Of a stretch of 43,269 nt of DNA, positions 36,220 through 43,269 are shown piece after piece (position 1 is the first letter of the stretch; every line of letters starts with the position of its first letter). Made by a program: the position numbers and the translations under genes. Below the pieces are notes generated by a model. It was not told where the DNA came from and did not search any database. It saw only the letters and a list, made by a program, of their open reading frames with translations. The DNA is taken from UHGV virus genome UHGV-0027971. One strand, given 5' to 3'. The stretch is from a virus.

Positions 36220-36804
36220 ATGAAAAGTATCCAGGACGTCCGCAGGCAAAATCTCAACGACTTGATCGACCGTGAATTCAATGGTGTTCAGACGCGGATG
36301 GCAGAAAAACTTGGAACTCAGGCAAATCTGGTAAACCGCTGGGCTCTTGGCAAGAAGGTTATCGGCGACCAGGTTGCGCGAAAAATTGAAGCTGCCGCCA
36401 ATAAACCCCGTAACTGGCTTGATATCGATCGCTCGCTTTCTCAGGAAGGTTTTCAGCCTGTCGGCCCAAGCGACATTGGCCAGCTGGCGGCTCACAACCT
36501 GGAACGCTGGATGAGCGAAAGCCGCGACCTTTCAACACAGGGAAAACTTCACCGCGCATCCGGCGTAGCCCAGGTGACAATCAGCCGCCTGTTAAACAAT
36601 GAGGTCAGCGTTTCCATTTCCACCCTGGAGAATGTTGCATCCGCATTCGGGCGTCACGGCTATGAATTACTGATTCACCCGCACGACCCTGCGACCATCA
36701 ACTATGATCGCTCGCGCTACGCATTGTTACCCGAAACCGAGAAAGCAAAGATCGAAAGTTACATTGAATTTGTCATCAACCAGAACGAAAAAAGCAAACA
36801 ATAA
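36220..36804 (+). CDS. putative prophage repressor with two HTH domains and no recognisable autocleavage domain
   Basis: 194 aa; HTH-like segments VQTRMAEKLGTQANLVNRWALGKK and ASGVAQVTISRLLNNE; no LexA/CI-like peptidase motif seen; occupies the cI position. Confidence 0.6.
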   Translation: MKSIQDVRRQNLNDLIDREFNGVQTRMAEKLGTQANLVNRWALGKKVIGDQVARKIEAAANKPRNWLDIDRSLSQEGFQPVGPSDIGQLAAHNLERWMSESRDLSTQGKLHRASGVAQVTISRLLNNEVSVSISTLENVASAFGRHGYELLIHPHDPATINYDRSRYALLPETEKAKIESYIEFVINQNEKSKQ

Positions 36805-36825
36805 AACTATAGTTTTCAGCAAGTA

Positions 36826-36848
36826 AGCCGCCTCATGGCGGCTTTTTT
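36826..36848 (+). terminator. rho-independent terminator after the repressor gene
   Basis: AGCCGCC-tcat-GGCGGCT followed by TTTTTT. Confidence 0.75.
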
Positions 36849-36861
36849 ATTGCCAGATAGA

Positions 36862-36938
36862 TTACCTTACGGGTAATTTTTTTAACTCATATCTATTGAC
36901 ACCAAACCAAATAAGCATAATTATTACCTCAACGGTAA
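36862..36938 (+). promoter_or_regulatory. pL-like promoter flanked by two operator sites
   Basis: -35 TTGACA (36895..36900), AT-rich -10 region near 36917..36923; TTACCTTACGGGTAA (36862..36876) upstream and TTACCTCAACGGTAA (36924..36938) just downstream. Confidence 0.55.
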
Positions 36939-36957
36939 CAAACCGAGGTAACAAGTT

Positions 36958-37110
36958 ATGCAGTGGAAAATCATCAACGGTTGGTACTGCGTTACTGCAT
37001 GCGGATTCATGAGCTGGAAGTTCCGCACCTTACAGGAAGGCATTAAGTGGGCTTTCGTCAGCAAAGAAGCTCGCGATGTGGCCAACGATAACGAGATATG
37101 GGAGGGCTGA
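36958..37110 (+). CDS. hypothetical small protein (50 aa), first gene of the plus-strand early operon
   Basis: ATG preceded by SD GAGG at 9-nt spacing; below the ORF-track size cut-off; W/C-rich. Confidence 0.45.
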   Translation: MQWKIINGWYCVTACGFMSWKFRTLQEGIKWAFVSKEARDVANDNEIWEG

Positions 37111-37112
37111 TA

Positions 37113-37412
37113 ATGAACGTTAATCAGCAGAAAAATCTTCAAAAAATCATGCTGGCATTCGACAAGGACTACCGTCTGTCAGAACAGCTATATGACCGAC
37201 AAGTTGAACTGATTGAGAGTATCCGGCTTCATCAACTGGCATCAACTTTCGACGTTGTAACAGTTAAAGGCGTTCGCCAGGAAGTACTGGAGGCCGCTAA
37301 AGACAGCCCTGAGTTCGAAGAACTGATGGATTCCTACCGGCGCGAGGCAATGGCAATTATCGCCCGCTGGGATCTGGCTGATCAGCTTGATGGGCAGAGG
37401 GACGCGGCATGA
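37113..37412 (+). CDS. hypothetical protein upstream of exonuclease
   Basis: ATG 37113 with strong SD GGAGGG; 99 aa; no family recognised. Confidence 0.45.
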   Translation: MNVNQQKNLQKIMLAFDKDYRLSEQLYDRQVELIESIRLHQLASTFDVVTVKGVRQEVLEAAKDSPEFEELMDSYRREAMAIIARWDLADQLDGQRDAA

Positions 37413-38230
37413 ATCCGGGAATTTATTTCGATATCAGCAACGAGGACTACCACGCCGGTGACGGCGTGAGTAAGTCGCAACTGGACATGGTTGCCAAGAA
37501 TCCGGCGCTTCTTAAATGGGTTCAGGCAGCACCAGAAGACGAAGAGAAAAAGTCTGCACTGGATATGGGAACCGCATTGCACTGTCTGCTTCTGGAGCCT
37601 GGAGAATTCAACAAACGCTTCATTGTTTCACCGAAATTCGATCGTCGGACGAAACAAGGTAAAGCTGACGAAGAAGCATTTCTTCGTGATGTAGCGGATA
37701 TGGGGATTACGGTACTTGATGCCGAGCAGTGGCGGAAACTGGAGCTGATGCGTGATAGCGCAATGGCTCACCCGGCGGCACGCTGGATGCTGGAAGCACC
37801 TGGTTACTGCGAAGCATCAATGTACTGGAACGATGAAGAGACGGGTGAGTTGTGCCGAATTCGTCCAGACAAATGGCTGAACGAGCACAACGTGATCGTC
37901 GACGTGAAAAAGGTTGCAGATATGGACCGTTTTGCACGTCACATCGAGGAATTCCGCTACCACGTGCAGGACGCAATGTACCGCGAAGGCGCAATGAGGG
38001 TTACTGGTCAGCCGCATGGTTTTTTCTTTCTTGCCGTGAGCGAAAGCATTGATTGTGGTCGGTATCCGGTACGCGTGTTCGGGCTGGATGCGCCGGATGT
38101 CGATGCCGGGCACGCTCTGTTCCGCCGGGATCTGAATACCTATCACGAATGCCGCATCAGCGATGAATGGGGCGGCGTGGAAATTATTAAACGCCCTGAG
38201 TGGGCACGCAAACAGGATATGTACGTATGA
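37409..38230 (+). CDS. phage exonuclease (YqaJ/lambda-Exo-like PD-(D/E)xK recombination nuclease)
   Basis: 273 aa; N-terminal GIYFDISNEDYHAGDGVSKSQL and acidic/K motifs; paired with the downstream RecT-like gene. Confidence 0.75.
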   Translation: MNPGIYFDISNEDYHAGDGVSKSQLDMVAKNPALLKWVQAAPEDEEKKSALDMGTALHCLLLEPGEFNKRFIVSPKFDRRTKQGKADEEAFLRDVADMGITVLDAEQWRKLELMRDSAMAHPAARWMLEAPGYCEASMYWNDEETGELCRIRPDKWLNEHNVIVDVKKVADMDRFARHIEEFRYHVQDAMYREGAMRVTGQPHGFFFLAVSESIDCGRYPVRVFGLDAPDVDAGHALFRRDLNTYHECRISDEWGGVEIIKRPEWARKQDMYV

Positions 38231-39144
38231 GCAACGAAATTGCAATCACCAATGATGTGTTGGCTATTCGGGGAATCGATGAAGTTACATGGAGCGCTCT
38301 GAAAAACAGTATTTACCCTGGGGCAAAAGATGAATCGGTAATGATGGCAGTCGATTACTGCCGGGCGCGTCAACTCGATCCTCTTCTTAAGCCGGTACAC
38401 CTGGTACCAATGAGTGTTAAAGACTCGAAGAGTGGAAAGAATGAATGGCGCGACGTGGTCATGCCTGGCATTGGACTTTATCGCATTCAGGCCTACCGTT
38501 CCGGCGATTACGCAGGCGCTAATGAACCTGAGTTCGGTCCAGATGTAACACAAACGCTTTCAGGCGTGGAGGTTACCTTCCCTCAGTGGTGTAAGTACAC
38601 CGTCAGCAAGCGAATGGCAAGCGGGGAAATCGTAGAGTTTAGCGCCAAAGAATACTGGATTGAGAACTATGCAACTGGGGGGCGTGACACATCGGCACCA
38701 AATGCCATGTGGAAAAAGCGCCCTTATGCGCAGTTGGCAAAATGCGCAGAGGCACAGGCATTACGTAAAGCATGGCCGGAGATTGGTCAACAAGCCACAG
38801 CTGAGGAAATGGAAGGTAAATATATCGACTCACCTGACATTATTGAACGTGACGTAACTCCAAGAAGCCAGGCAAAGCACGGCACAGCATCCAGCATGAA
38901 CAGTCTGATCAACGCTAAAACAGTGAAAAAGCCTGATGAGCAAACGCGTAAAGCGGATAGCCGTGATCCAGAAGAAATGCTGATGGCCTTTACCAGCGCA
39001 GCGATGAATTACAGCACTGTCTCCGAACTGGATAAGGCTTACAAATACATTGCACAAAAACTTTCAGATGATGACGAACTGCTGGCAAAAGCCACCGACG
39101 TTTACAGCGTTCGTCGGGAAGAATTAAACGAAACATCTATGTAA
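38227..39144 (+). CDS. RecT/Bet-family single-strand annealing protein
   Basis: Motif KRPYAQLAKCAEAQALRKAWPE; start ATG 38227 overlaps the exonuclease stop (ATGA). Confidence 0.8.
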   Translation: MSNEIAITNDVLAIRGIDEVTWSALKNSIYPGAKDESVMMAVDYCRARQLDPLLKPVHLVPMSVKDSKSGKNEWRDVVMPGIGLYRIQAYRSGDYAGANEPEFGPDVTQTLSGVEVTFPQWCKYTVSKRMASGEIVEFSAKEYWIENYATGGRDTSAPNAMWKKRPYAQLAKCAEAQALRKAWPEIGQQATAEEMEGKYIDSPDIIERDVTPRSQAKHGTASSMNSLINAKTVKKPDEQTRKADSRDPEEMLMAFTSAAMNYSTVSELDKAYKYIAQKLSDDDELLAKATDVYSVRREELNETSM

Positions 39145-39193
39145 CCACCACCGCGGCGCCACACGCGCCGCACTGCAACCAAGAGAGGTATTT

Positions 39194-39442
39194 ATGAAAG
39201 GTGCATTAGGTAAGAAGGAACTCCTGGCGGTGGTGCCACTGTCATGGAGCACTATCGACCGTATGGAGCGCGCAGGGGAATTTCCTAAACGCTGGTATAT
39301 CACCGATAAACGCTGCGCATGGAACCGTGATGAAGTTGAGCGTTGGCTTGATGAACGTCAGGCAGCAAGCCCGGCAGAGTTCCAGGGTAAAAAGCCTCCT
39401 GTTCAGCAACGTGTATATCGTCCTGTGAGCAACGCTGCATGA
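39194..39442 (+). CDS. AlpA-family small HTH regulator/excisionase-like protein
   Basis: 82 aa; LAVVPLSWSTIDRMERAGEFPKRWYITDKRCAWNRDEVERWLDE resembles AlpA/Xis-type HTH proteins. Confidence 0.6.
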   Translation: MKGALGKKELLAVVPLSWSTIDRMERAGEFPKRWYITDKRCAWNRDEVERWLDERQAASPAEFQGKKPPVQQRVYRPVSNAA

Positions 39443-39551
39443 GTGCGCTGCTAAGGCACTGGAGCAAATGGTCAGGATGGTACTTATTCCTGGCCTCTGT
39501 TTCAGCATGGCTTTATCTGCTGGCATTAATTTTCAGAGAGGGTTGGATTAA

Positions 39552-39851
39552 GTGAGAAAGTTAAGCCGACTTGAAAAATACCACATGAATAAGGTTTCAA
39601 TGCGCAGTCCGTCAAAGATTGTCGCCGTTACTCCTGCGGCGATAGAGATCGAAAAACGCGCGATTGAAAGAGAGAAAAAAGGGCAGTTCCGCATTGCCGC
39701 TCACCTTTGGCTTCAGTGTATGGATGTTGCTTCTGGTGATGTTGAACGTGCAAGGATCGCGGTTCGCAGGGACCAATGTATCACAAAAGGTAACGGCCTT
39801 CGCCGTGGCGACTATAGCGGCATAGGATGTTGTGGGGTGGTTTATGACTAA
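39552..39851 (+). CDS. hypothetical protein (possibly PerC-like activator; weak)
   Basis: 99-aa ORF (GTG start) upstream of and overlapping the methyltransferase start. Confidence 0.4.
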   Translation: MRKLSRLEKYHMNKVSMRSPSKIVAVTPAAIEIEKRAIEREKKGQFRIAAHLWLQCMDVASGDVERARIAVRRDQCITKGNGLRRGDYSGIGCCGVVYD

Positions 39852-40494
39852 GAAATACACACTAATCTATGCAGATCCACCCTGGGTATACCGGGACAAA
39901 GCCGCAGATGGTAATCGCGGTGCCGGTTTTAAATATCCAGTTATGAGTGTGCTGGATATCTGCCGCCTTCCTGTGTGGGATTTGACCGCTGAAAACTGTC
40001 TGTTGGCCATGTGGTGGGTGCCAACACAACCACTCGAAGCACTAAAAGTTGTTGAAGCCTGGGGATTTCGTCTGATGACGATGAAGGGCTTCACGTGGAT
40101 AAAATGTGGTAGTCGACAACCAGATAAACTGGTTATGGGTATGGGGCACATGACTCGCGCCAATAGTGAAGATTGCCTGTTTGCGGTAAAGGGAAAACTA
40201 CCTACGCGCATTAATGCAGGGATCGTTCAGTCATTTACCGCACCGCGGCTTGAGCATTCAAGAAAACCAGATATCGTTCGTGAAAAACTTGTGCAATTGT
40301 TAGGCGATGTTTCTCGCATTGAACTGTTCGCCAGACAGACGTCTCATGGCTTCGATGTTTGGGGTAATCAGTGCGAAGACCCGGCAGTGCAACTACACCC
40401 TGGATACGCGTTGGATATTGCCGGATTAACAAATGCATTCAGCAATGCTCCGCTGTCACCAACAGACAACCAGGGGCGGGAGCGTGCAGCATGA
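39844..40494 (+). CDS. MT-A70-family N6-adenine DNA methyltransferase (orphan)
   Basis: Motif IYADPPW near the N-terminus; no adjacent restriction endonuclease gene; start ATG 39844 overlaps the previous stop. Confidence 0.8.
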   Translation: MTKKYTLIYADPPWVYRDKAADGNRGAGFKYPVMSVLDICRLPVWDLTAENCLLAMWWVPTQPLEALKVVEAWGFRLMTMKGFTWIKCGSRQPDKLVMGMGHMTRANSEDCLFAVKGKLPTRINAGIVQSFTAPRLEHSRKPDIVREKLVQLLGDVSRIELFARQTSHGFDVWGNQCEDPAVQLHPGYALDIAGLTNAFSNAPLSPTDNQGRERAA

Positions 40495-40739
40495 AGCAGA
40501 TTATGGTTGCACACAACGGCGTCAGGTTTGAAGTCGTCATGGTTTTGACTAAGTACCGCAATGATGAGGTATTGCAGAGAAAAGAAACTGTAACTTACCG
40601 TTATAAACACCGAAGTTCAGCTGTTAGAAGATTACGGAAGATTACGGAAGAGCTAAAAAATGATCCTCATCGTGTTATTGAGGTAAAAGGCAACCCATAT
40701 AAAATCACAACTTCAGTGGAGCTAAGACATATGCAATAA
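40491..40739 (+). CDS. hypothetical small protein
   Basis: 82 aa from ATG overlapping the methyltransferase stop; contains a 10-bp tandem duplication at 40631..40650. Confidence 0.45.
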   Translation: MKQIMVAHNGVRFEVVMVLTKYRNDEVLQRKETVTYRYKHRSSAVRRLRKITEELKNDPHRVIEVKGNPYKITTSVELRHMQ

Positions 40740-41011
40740 AATCACGCCTGACGAATCGCGATTATCTCGCTATTGGTATTGCAGAGATTGCTGGACTCAG
40801 TGGCGCATGATTTGACAATGCCGCCAGAGCTATCGCATACTGACCGCACTAGAACTTCAAAGCGGTCACCCGCACCCGATAGCTTTGCGGCTTTTTTATG
40901 CCTGCAATTTGGCATAGTCACATCCGTACAAAGGTCGGGTGGAGAGGCGTAATACAATACCCAAAAGGGGAATATGCCCGGAGCGTCTTTGAAGGCTCTA
41001 GTTGACACCCG

Positions 41012-41034
41012 ATCACCAGCTACTAACTGGTGAT
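41012..41034. promoter_or_regulatory. palindrome ATCACCAG-N7-CTGGTGAT next to -35-like TTGACA upstream of the third antirepressor gene
   Basis: 8-bp inverted half-sites; differs from both the LexA box and the TTACC-N5-GGTAA motif. Confidence 0.4.
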
Positions 41035-41063
41035 TGCTAACTAAAACTTCAAAGGAGGTCATC

Positions 41064-41720
41064 ATGACCAGTCAACTCATCCCCGTATTCAACGGCACTA
41101 TATCTAACGAAACAGCCCTACTTTGCAATGCCCGCGATCTGCACGCTTTTTTAGGTGTTAAAAAGGTGTTTGCAGCATGGATTACAAATCGAATTTCAGA
41201 ATACGAATTCATTGAAAATCAAGACTATATTTTGCTTTCCAATTTGGGAAAGCAAACATCTGGTAGAGGCGGCCACAACCGCAAAGAGTACCACCTCACC
41301 CTCGATACAGCCAAAGAACTAGCAATGGTCGAGCGTAACGAAAAAGGTCGTCAGGTACGACGCTACTTCATTGAATGCGAGAAACGTTTAAGACAACAAG
41401 AAACAAAAGTGGAGAAGGTCTTGTCAGGCTTCATGCCCGCCATTATGGAGGCGATCAAGCTGGAAGACAAAAAAGAATACAGCGCCCCACTGAAGCCCGG
41501 CTACCGCAGTCTGATTCATTCTCCGTCTGGTGTTCTCGGCCTGACGGAGAACTCACTGCTGATGAATCTGCTGAACCAGTTACAGGAAGACGGGCACGAC
41601 GTATCGGGCGCGGCGGCGGAGCTGACCACCATGTTCTGCTACATCGTCGGTGTGAGCAAATGCCTGCGTGATATCCAGACGCACGCGGAGTACATCAACG
41701 ACAAGGCAGGGTTCTTCTGA
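41064..41720 (+). CDS. antirepressor-like protein (Bro-N/AntA-like N-terminal domain + shared C-terminal module)
   Basis: Start ATG 41064 after strong SD AAGGAGG (track start 41034); C-terminal ~95 aa near-identical to those of 9345..10064 and 11074..12012. Confidence 0.75.
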   Translation: MTSQLIPVFNGTISNETALLCNARDLHAFLGVKKVFAAWITNRISEYEFIENQDYILLSNLGKQTSGRGGHNRKEYHLTLDTAKELAMVERNEKGRQVRRYFIECEKRLRQQETKVEKVLSGFMPAIMEAIKLEDKKEYSAPLKPGYRSLIHSPSGVLGLTENSLLMNLLNQLQEDGHDVSGAAAELTTMFCYIVGVSKCLRDIQTHAEYINDKAGFF

Positions 41721-41751
41721 CGGCGGCGGCACAGGGATGTGCCGGGCAAAA

Positions 41752-43002
41752 TTATTCCCCCGCCATCCACTTCTCAAACTTCGACGGGGAGAACGGAATC
41801 AGATCCGTATGCTCCCCGTTAATCCAGGAATCAATCATATCGGACCACTGCTGCAACATGTAGGCGCGCTGTCTGGCGTATTCCGCTTTGTTATATACGG
41901 CGCGCACACCTTTCTGCTCATGTGCCAGAGCCTTTTCAATCCAGTCTGAAGGATAACCAGCCTCATGCAACAACGTACTGGCTGTACGGCGCATATCGTG
42001 TACGGTGAAGTCCTGAATATGCTCACCATCTTCATTTATTATTTTCACCGTTCTGTCGATCAGAGAGTTCAGCGCGGCATTAGATAATGGCTTCCGGAAA
42101 TTGTAACGACCAGGAACCAGATATTCACTTCCACCAGCGCACATCTGCAACCCGACCAATATATCCTGTGCCTGTTTAGGCAGGTAAATAACGTGCGCCC
42201 GGCTTCCCTTCATACGGTCTGAAGGAATTGTCCATGTCCATTTTTTAAAATCTATTTCATCCCACGTTGCATTGGTGAATTCGCCTTTACGAACCATAGT
42301 GATAAGCACCAGCTTTAAAGCCATTTTCATAGTGCCCATAGCGCCAATGGCATCCAACGTGCGGAAGAACAGGCCAATTTCTTCTGGTGTCAGTGTTCGC
42401 TCTCGTGGTTTAAATATGGCGATAGACGAAGGTTTAATGTCAGCCGCAGGATTAAACAAACCATGACCACGGTCATTGGCGTGACGGTATACGCTGCTGA
42501 TGATCTCCCGGGCCTGCACTGCTGTTGCCCGGCCACCGCGTTCGACAATCCGGTCACACAAATCACGAACCATCGATGTGGTAATTTCAGCCATCATTTT
42601 GTTGCCAAGAACCGGAAGTATGTCACGGTCGATCACCGCCTGCTTCATTGCGCGGGTACTTTCAGCCAGGATGACGTGTTTCATATAACTGTCGGTATGT
42701 ACCGCAAATGTCTCGGCACCACGAATCTTTTTGATACCGTCACGTTTAGCCGCAGCCGGCGACTGGCCTGCTTTAAGCAGCTTCTTTGCAGCAATCAGTT
42801 CTTCCCGCGCTTCTGCCAGGCTGATACCGTCACGCCCATACTGCCCGATTACCAGTGTTTCGCGGCGACCGTTGATACGGTAGTCATAGCGAAACGAGAC
42901 CGTGCCTGACGTAAGCACAGCTACATACAGCCCGTCACGATCGGAGACCTTGTACAGTTTGTCCTGCGGCTTGAGGTTTTTTAATTTTGTATCGGTAAGC
43001 AC
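41752..43002 (-). CDS. int: tyrosine recombinase / integrase, P4-type (prophage)
   Basis: 416 aa; C-terminal HDMRRTASTLLHEAGY..WIEKALAHEQKGVRAVYNKAEY; adjacent to the right att copy. Confidence 0.9.
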   Translation of the reverse strand: MLTDTKLKNLKPQDKLYKVSDRDGLYVAVLTSGTVSFRYDYRINGRRETLVIGQYGRDGISLAEAREELIAAKKLLKAGQSPAAAKRDGIKKIRGAETFAVHTDSYMKHVILAESTRAMKQAVIDRDILPVLGNKMMAEITTSMVRDLCDRIVERGGRATAVQAREIISSVYRHANDRGHGLFNPAADIKPSSIAIFKPRERTLTPEEIGLFFRTLDAIGAMGTMKMALKLVLITMVRKGEFTNATWDEIDFKKWTWTIPSDRMKGSRAHVIYLPKQAQDILVGLQMCAGGSEYLVPGRYNFRKPLSNAALNSLIDRTVKIINEDGEHIQDFTVHDMRRTASTLLHEAGYPSDWIEKALAHEQKGVRAVYNKAEYARQRAYMLQQWSDMIDSWINGEHTDLIPFSPSKFEKWMAGE

Positions 43003-43111
43003 AATTCACCCGTATAGAAACCATTTTCATGACGGTATGAGAGTATACCTTTAAGGTAATACCGTCACCTGTACCGACGAAAAATATGGTGTAGAGTGAA
43101 TAGAAATGAAT

Positions 43112-43146
43112 ACATAAAAACAAAAACCCTCTGTAAAAACAGAGGG
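43112..43146 (-). terminator. rho-independent terminator (minus-strand sense) downstream of guaA, inside the prophage att arm
   Basis: CCCTCTG-taaaaa-CAGAGGG with A-run 43112..43126 on plus (U-run on minus). Confidence 0.55.
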
Positions 43147-43192
43147 TTAAATTAGTATCTGAATAGGAATGAGTTGCTATGAGTTAGCTGTT

Positions 43193-43209
43193 AATCATTC
43201 CCACTCAAT
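43193..43209. repeat. att core direct repeat, right copy (AATCATTCCCACTCAAT) overlapping the guaA stop
   Basis: Identical to 2739..2755. Confidence 0.75.
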
Positions 43210-43269
43210 GGTAGCTGGCGGCTTGCCGCTGATGTCATACACCACGCGGGAAATACCGTTCACTTCATT
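43195..43269 (-). CDS. guaA: GMP synthase, 3' end (partial; 5' part beyond the window)
   Basis: Reverse-strand translation of 43198..43269 reads NEVNGISRVVYDISGKPPATIEWE then stop, matching the C-terminus of enterobacterial GuaA as I recall it. Confidence 0.8.
   Translation of the reverse strand, partial: NEVNGISRVVYDISGKPPATIEWE

Larger units (their letters stand above)
2739..43209. mobile_element. integrated prophage (mosaic temperate podovirus-type) bounded by att direct repeats
   Basis: Complete lysis, virion, packaging, replication, immunity, recombination and integrase modules between the two att copies. Confidence 0.85.

Noticed and set aside
36220-36804. LexA-like autocleavage (peptidase S24) domain in the prophage repressor
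   Set aside because: No Ala-Gly cleavage site or Ser/Lys dyad motifs seen in the C-terminal half; the second half looks like another HTH domain.
40742-41065. 107-aa minus-strand ORF
   Set aside because: Lies in the regulatory gap upstream of the third antirepressor gene (promoter-like TTGACA, palindrome, strong SD); no RBS of its own.
1-43269. CRISPR array or cas genes
   Set aside because: No regularly spaced direct repeats with unique spacers; the repeats found are palindromic operator-like sites, att cores and gene-module duplications.

Overview
The window is the 3' end of guaA (GMP synthase, minus strand, 43195..43269) with two integrative elements inserted in tandem at the same 17-bp att core (AATCATTCCCACTCAAT at 2739..2755 and 43193..43209). 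Element 1 (1..2738) is only partly visible: an IS1 end (1..74), a membrane-protein gene and a P4-type tyrosine integrase. Element 2 (about 2756..43192, roughly 40.4 kb) looks like a complete, mosaic temperate podovirus-type prophage. Reading left to right it carries: a lysis cassette (holins, endolysin, Rz with embedded Rz1); a tailspike with an SGNH-esterase-like C-terminal domain; an accessory island (7.25-13.47 kb) with a P22 immI-like mnt/arc/ant module, further antirepressor-like genes and several unrecognised ORFs; a T7-like virion module (ejection proteins, tail tubular A/B, capsid, scaffold, portal); tRNA-Arg(UCU); an HNH endonuclease; terminase; lambda O/P-like replication genes; a divergent Cro-like/repressor switch; an exo/RecT recombination module; an MT-A70 methyltransferase; and a second P4-type integrase. 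The most notable signals are (i) a 15-bp palindrome TTACC-N5-GGTAA at 16 or more intergenic positions, including three at the switch and two flanking a pL-like promoter, and (ii) a near-consensus LexA box in front of a stand-alone copy of a C-terminal module that three larger antirepressor-like proteins share at near-identical nucleotide sequence. No CRISPR array and no recognisable known defence system was found; the unknown genes in the accessory island are the best candidates for novel function. All calls are from reading the sequence and ORF translations by eye; no database search was run.
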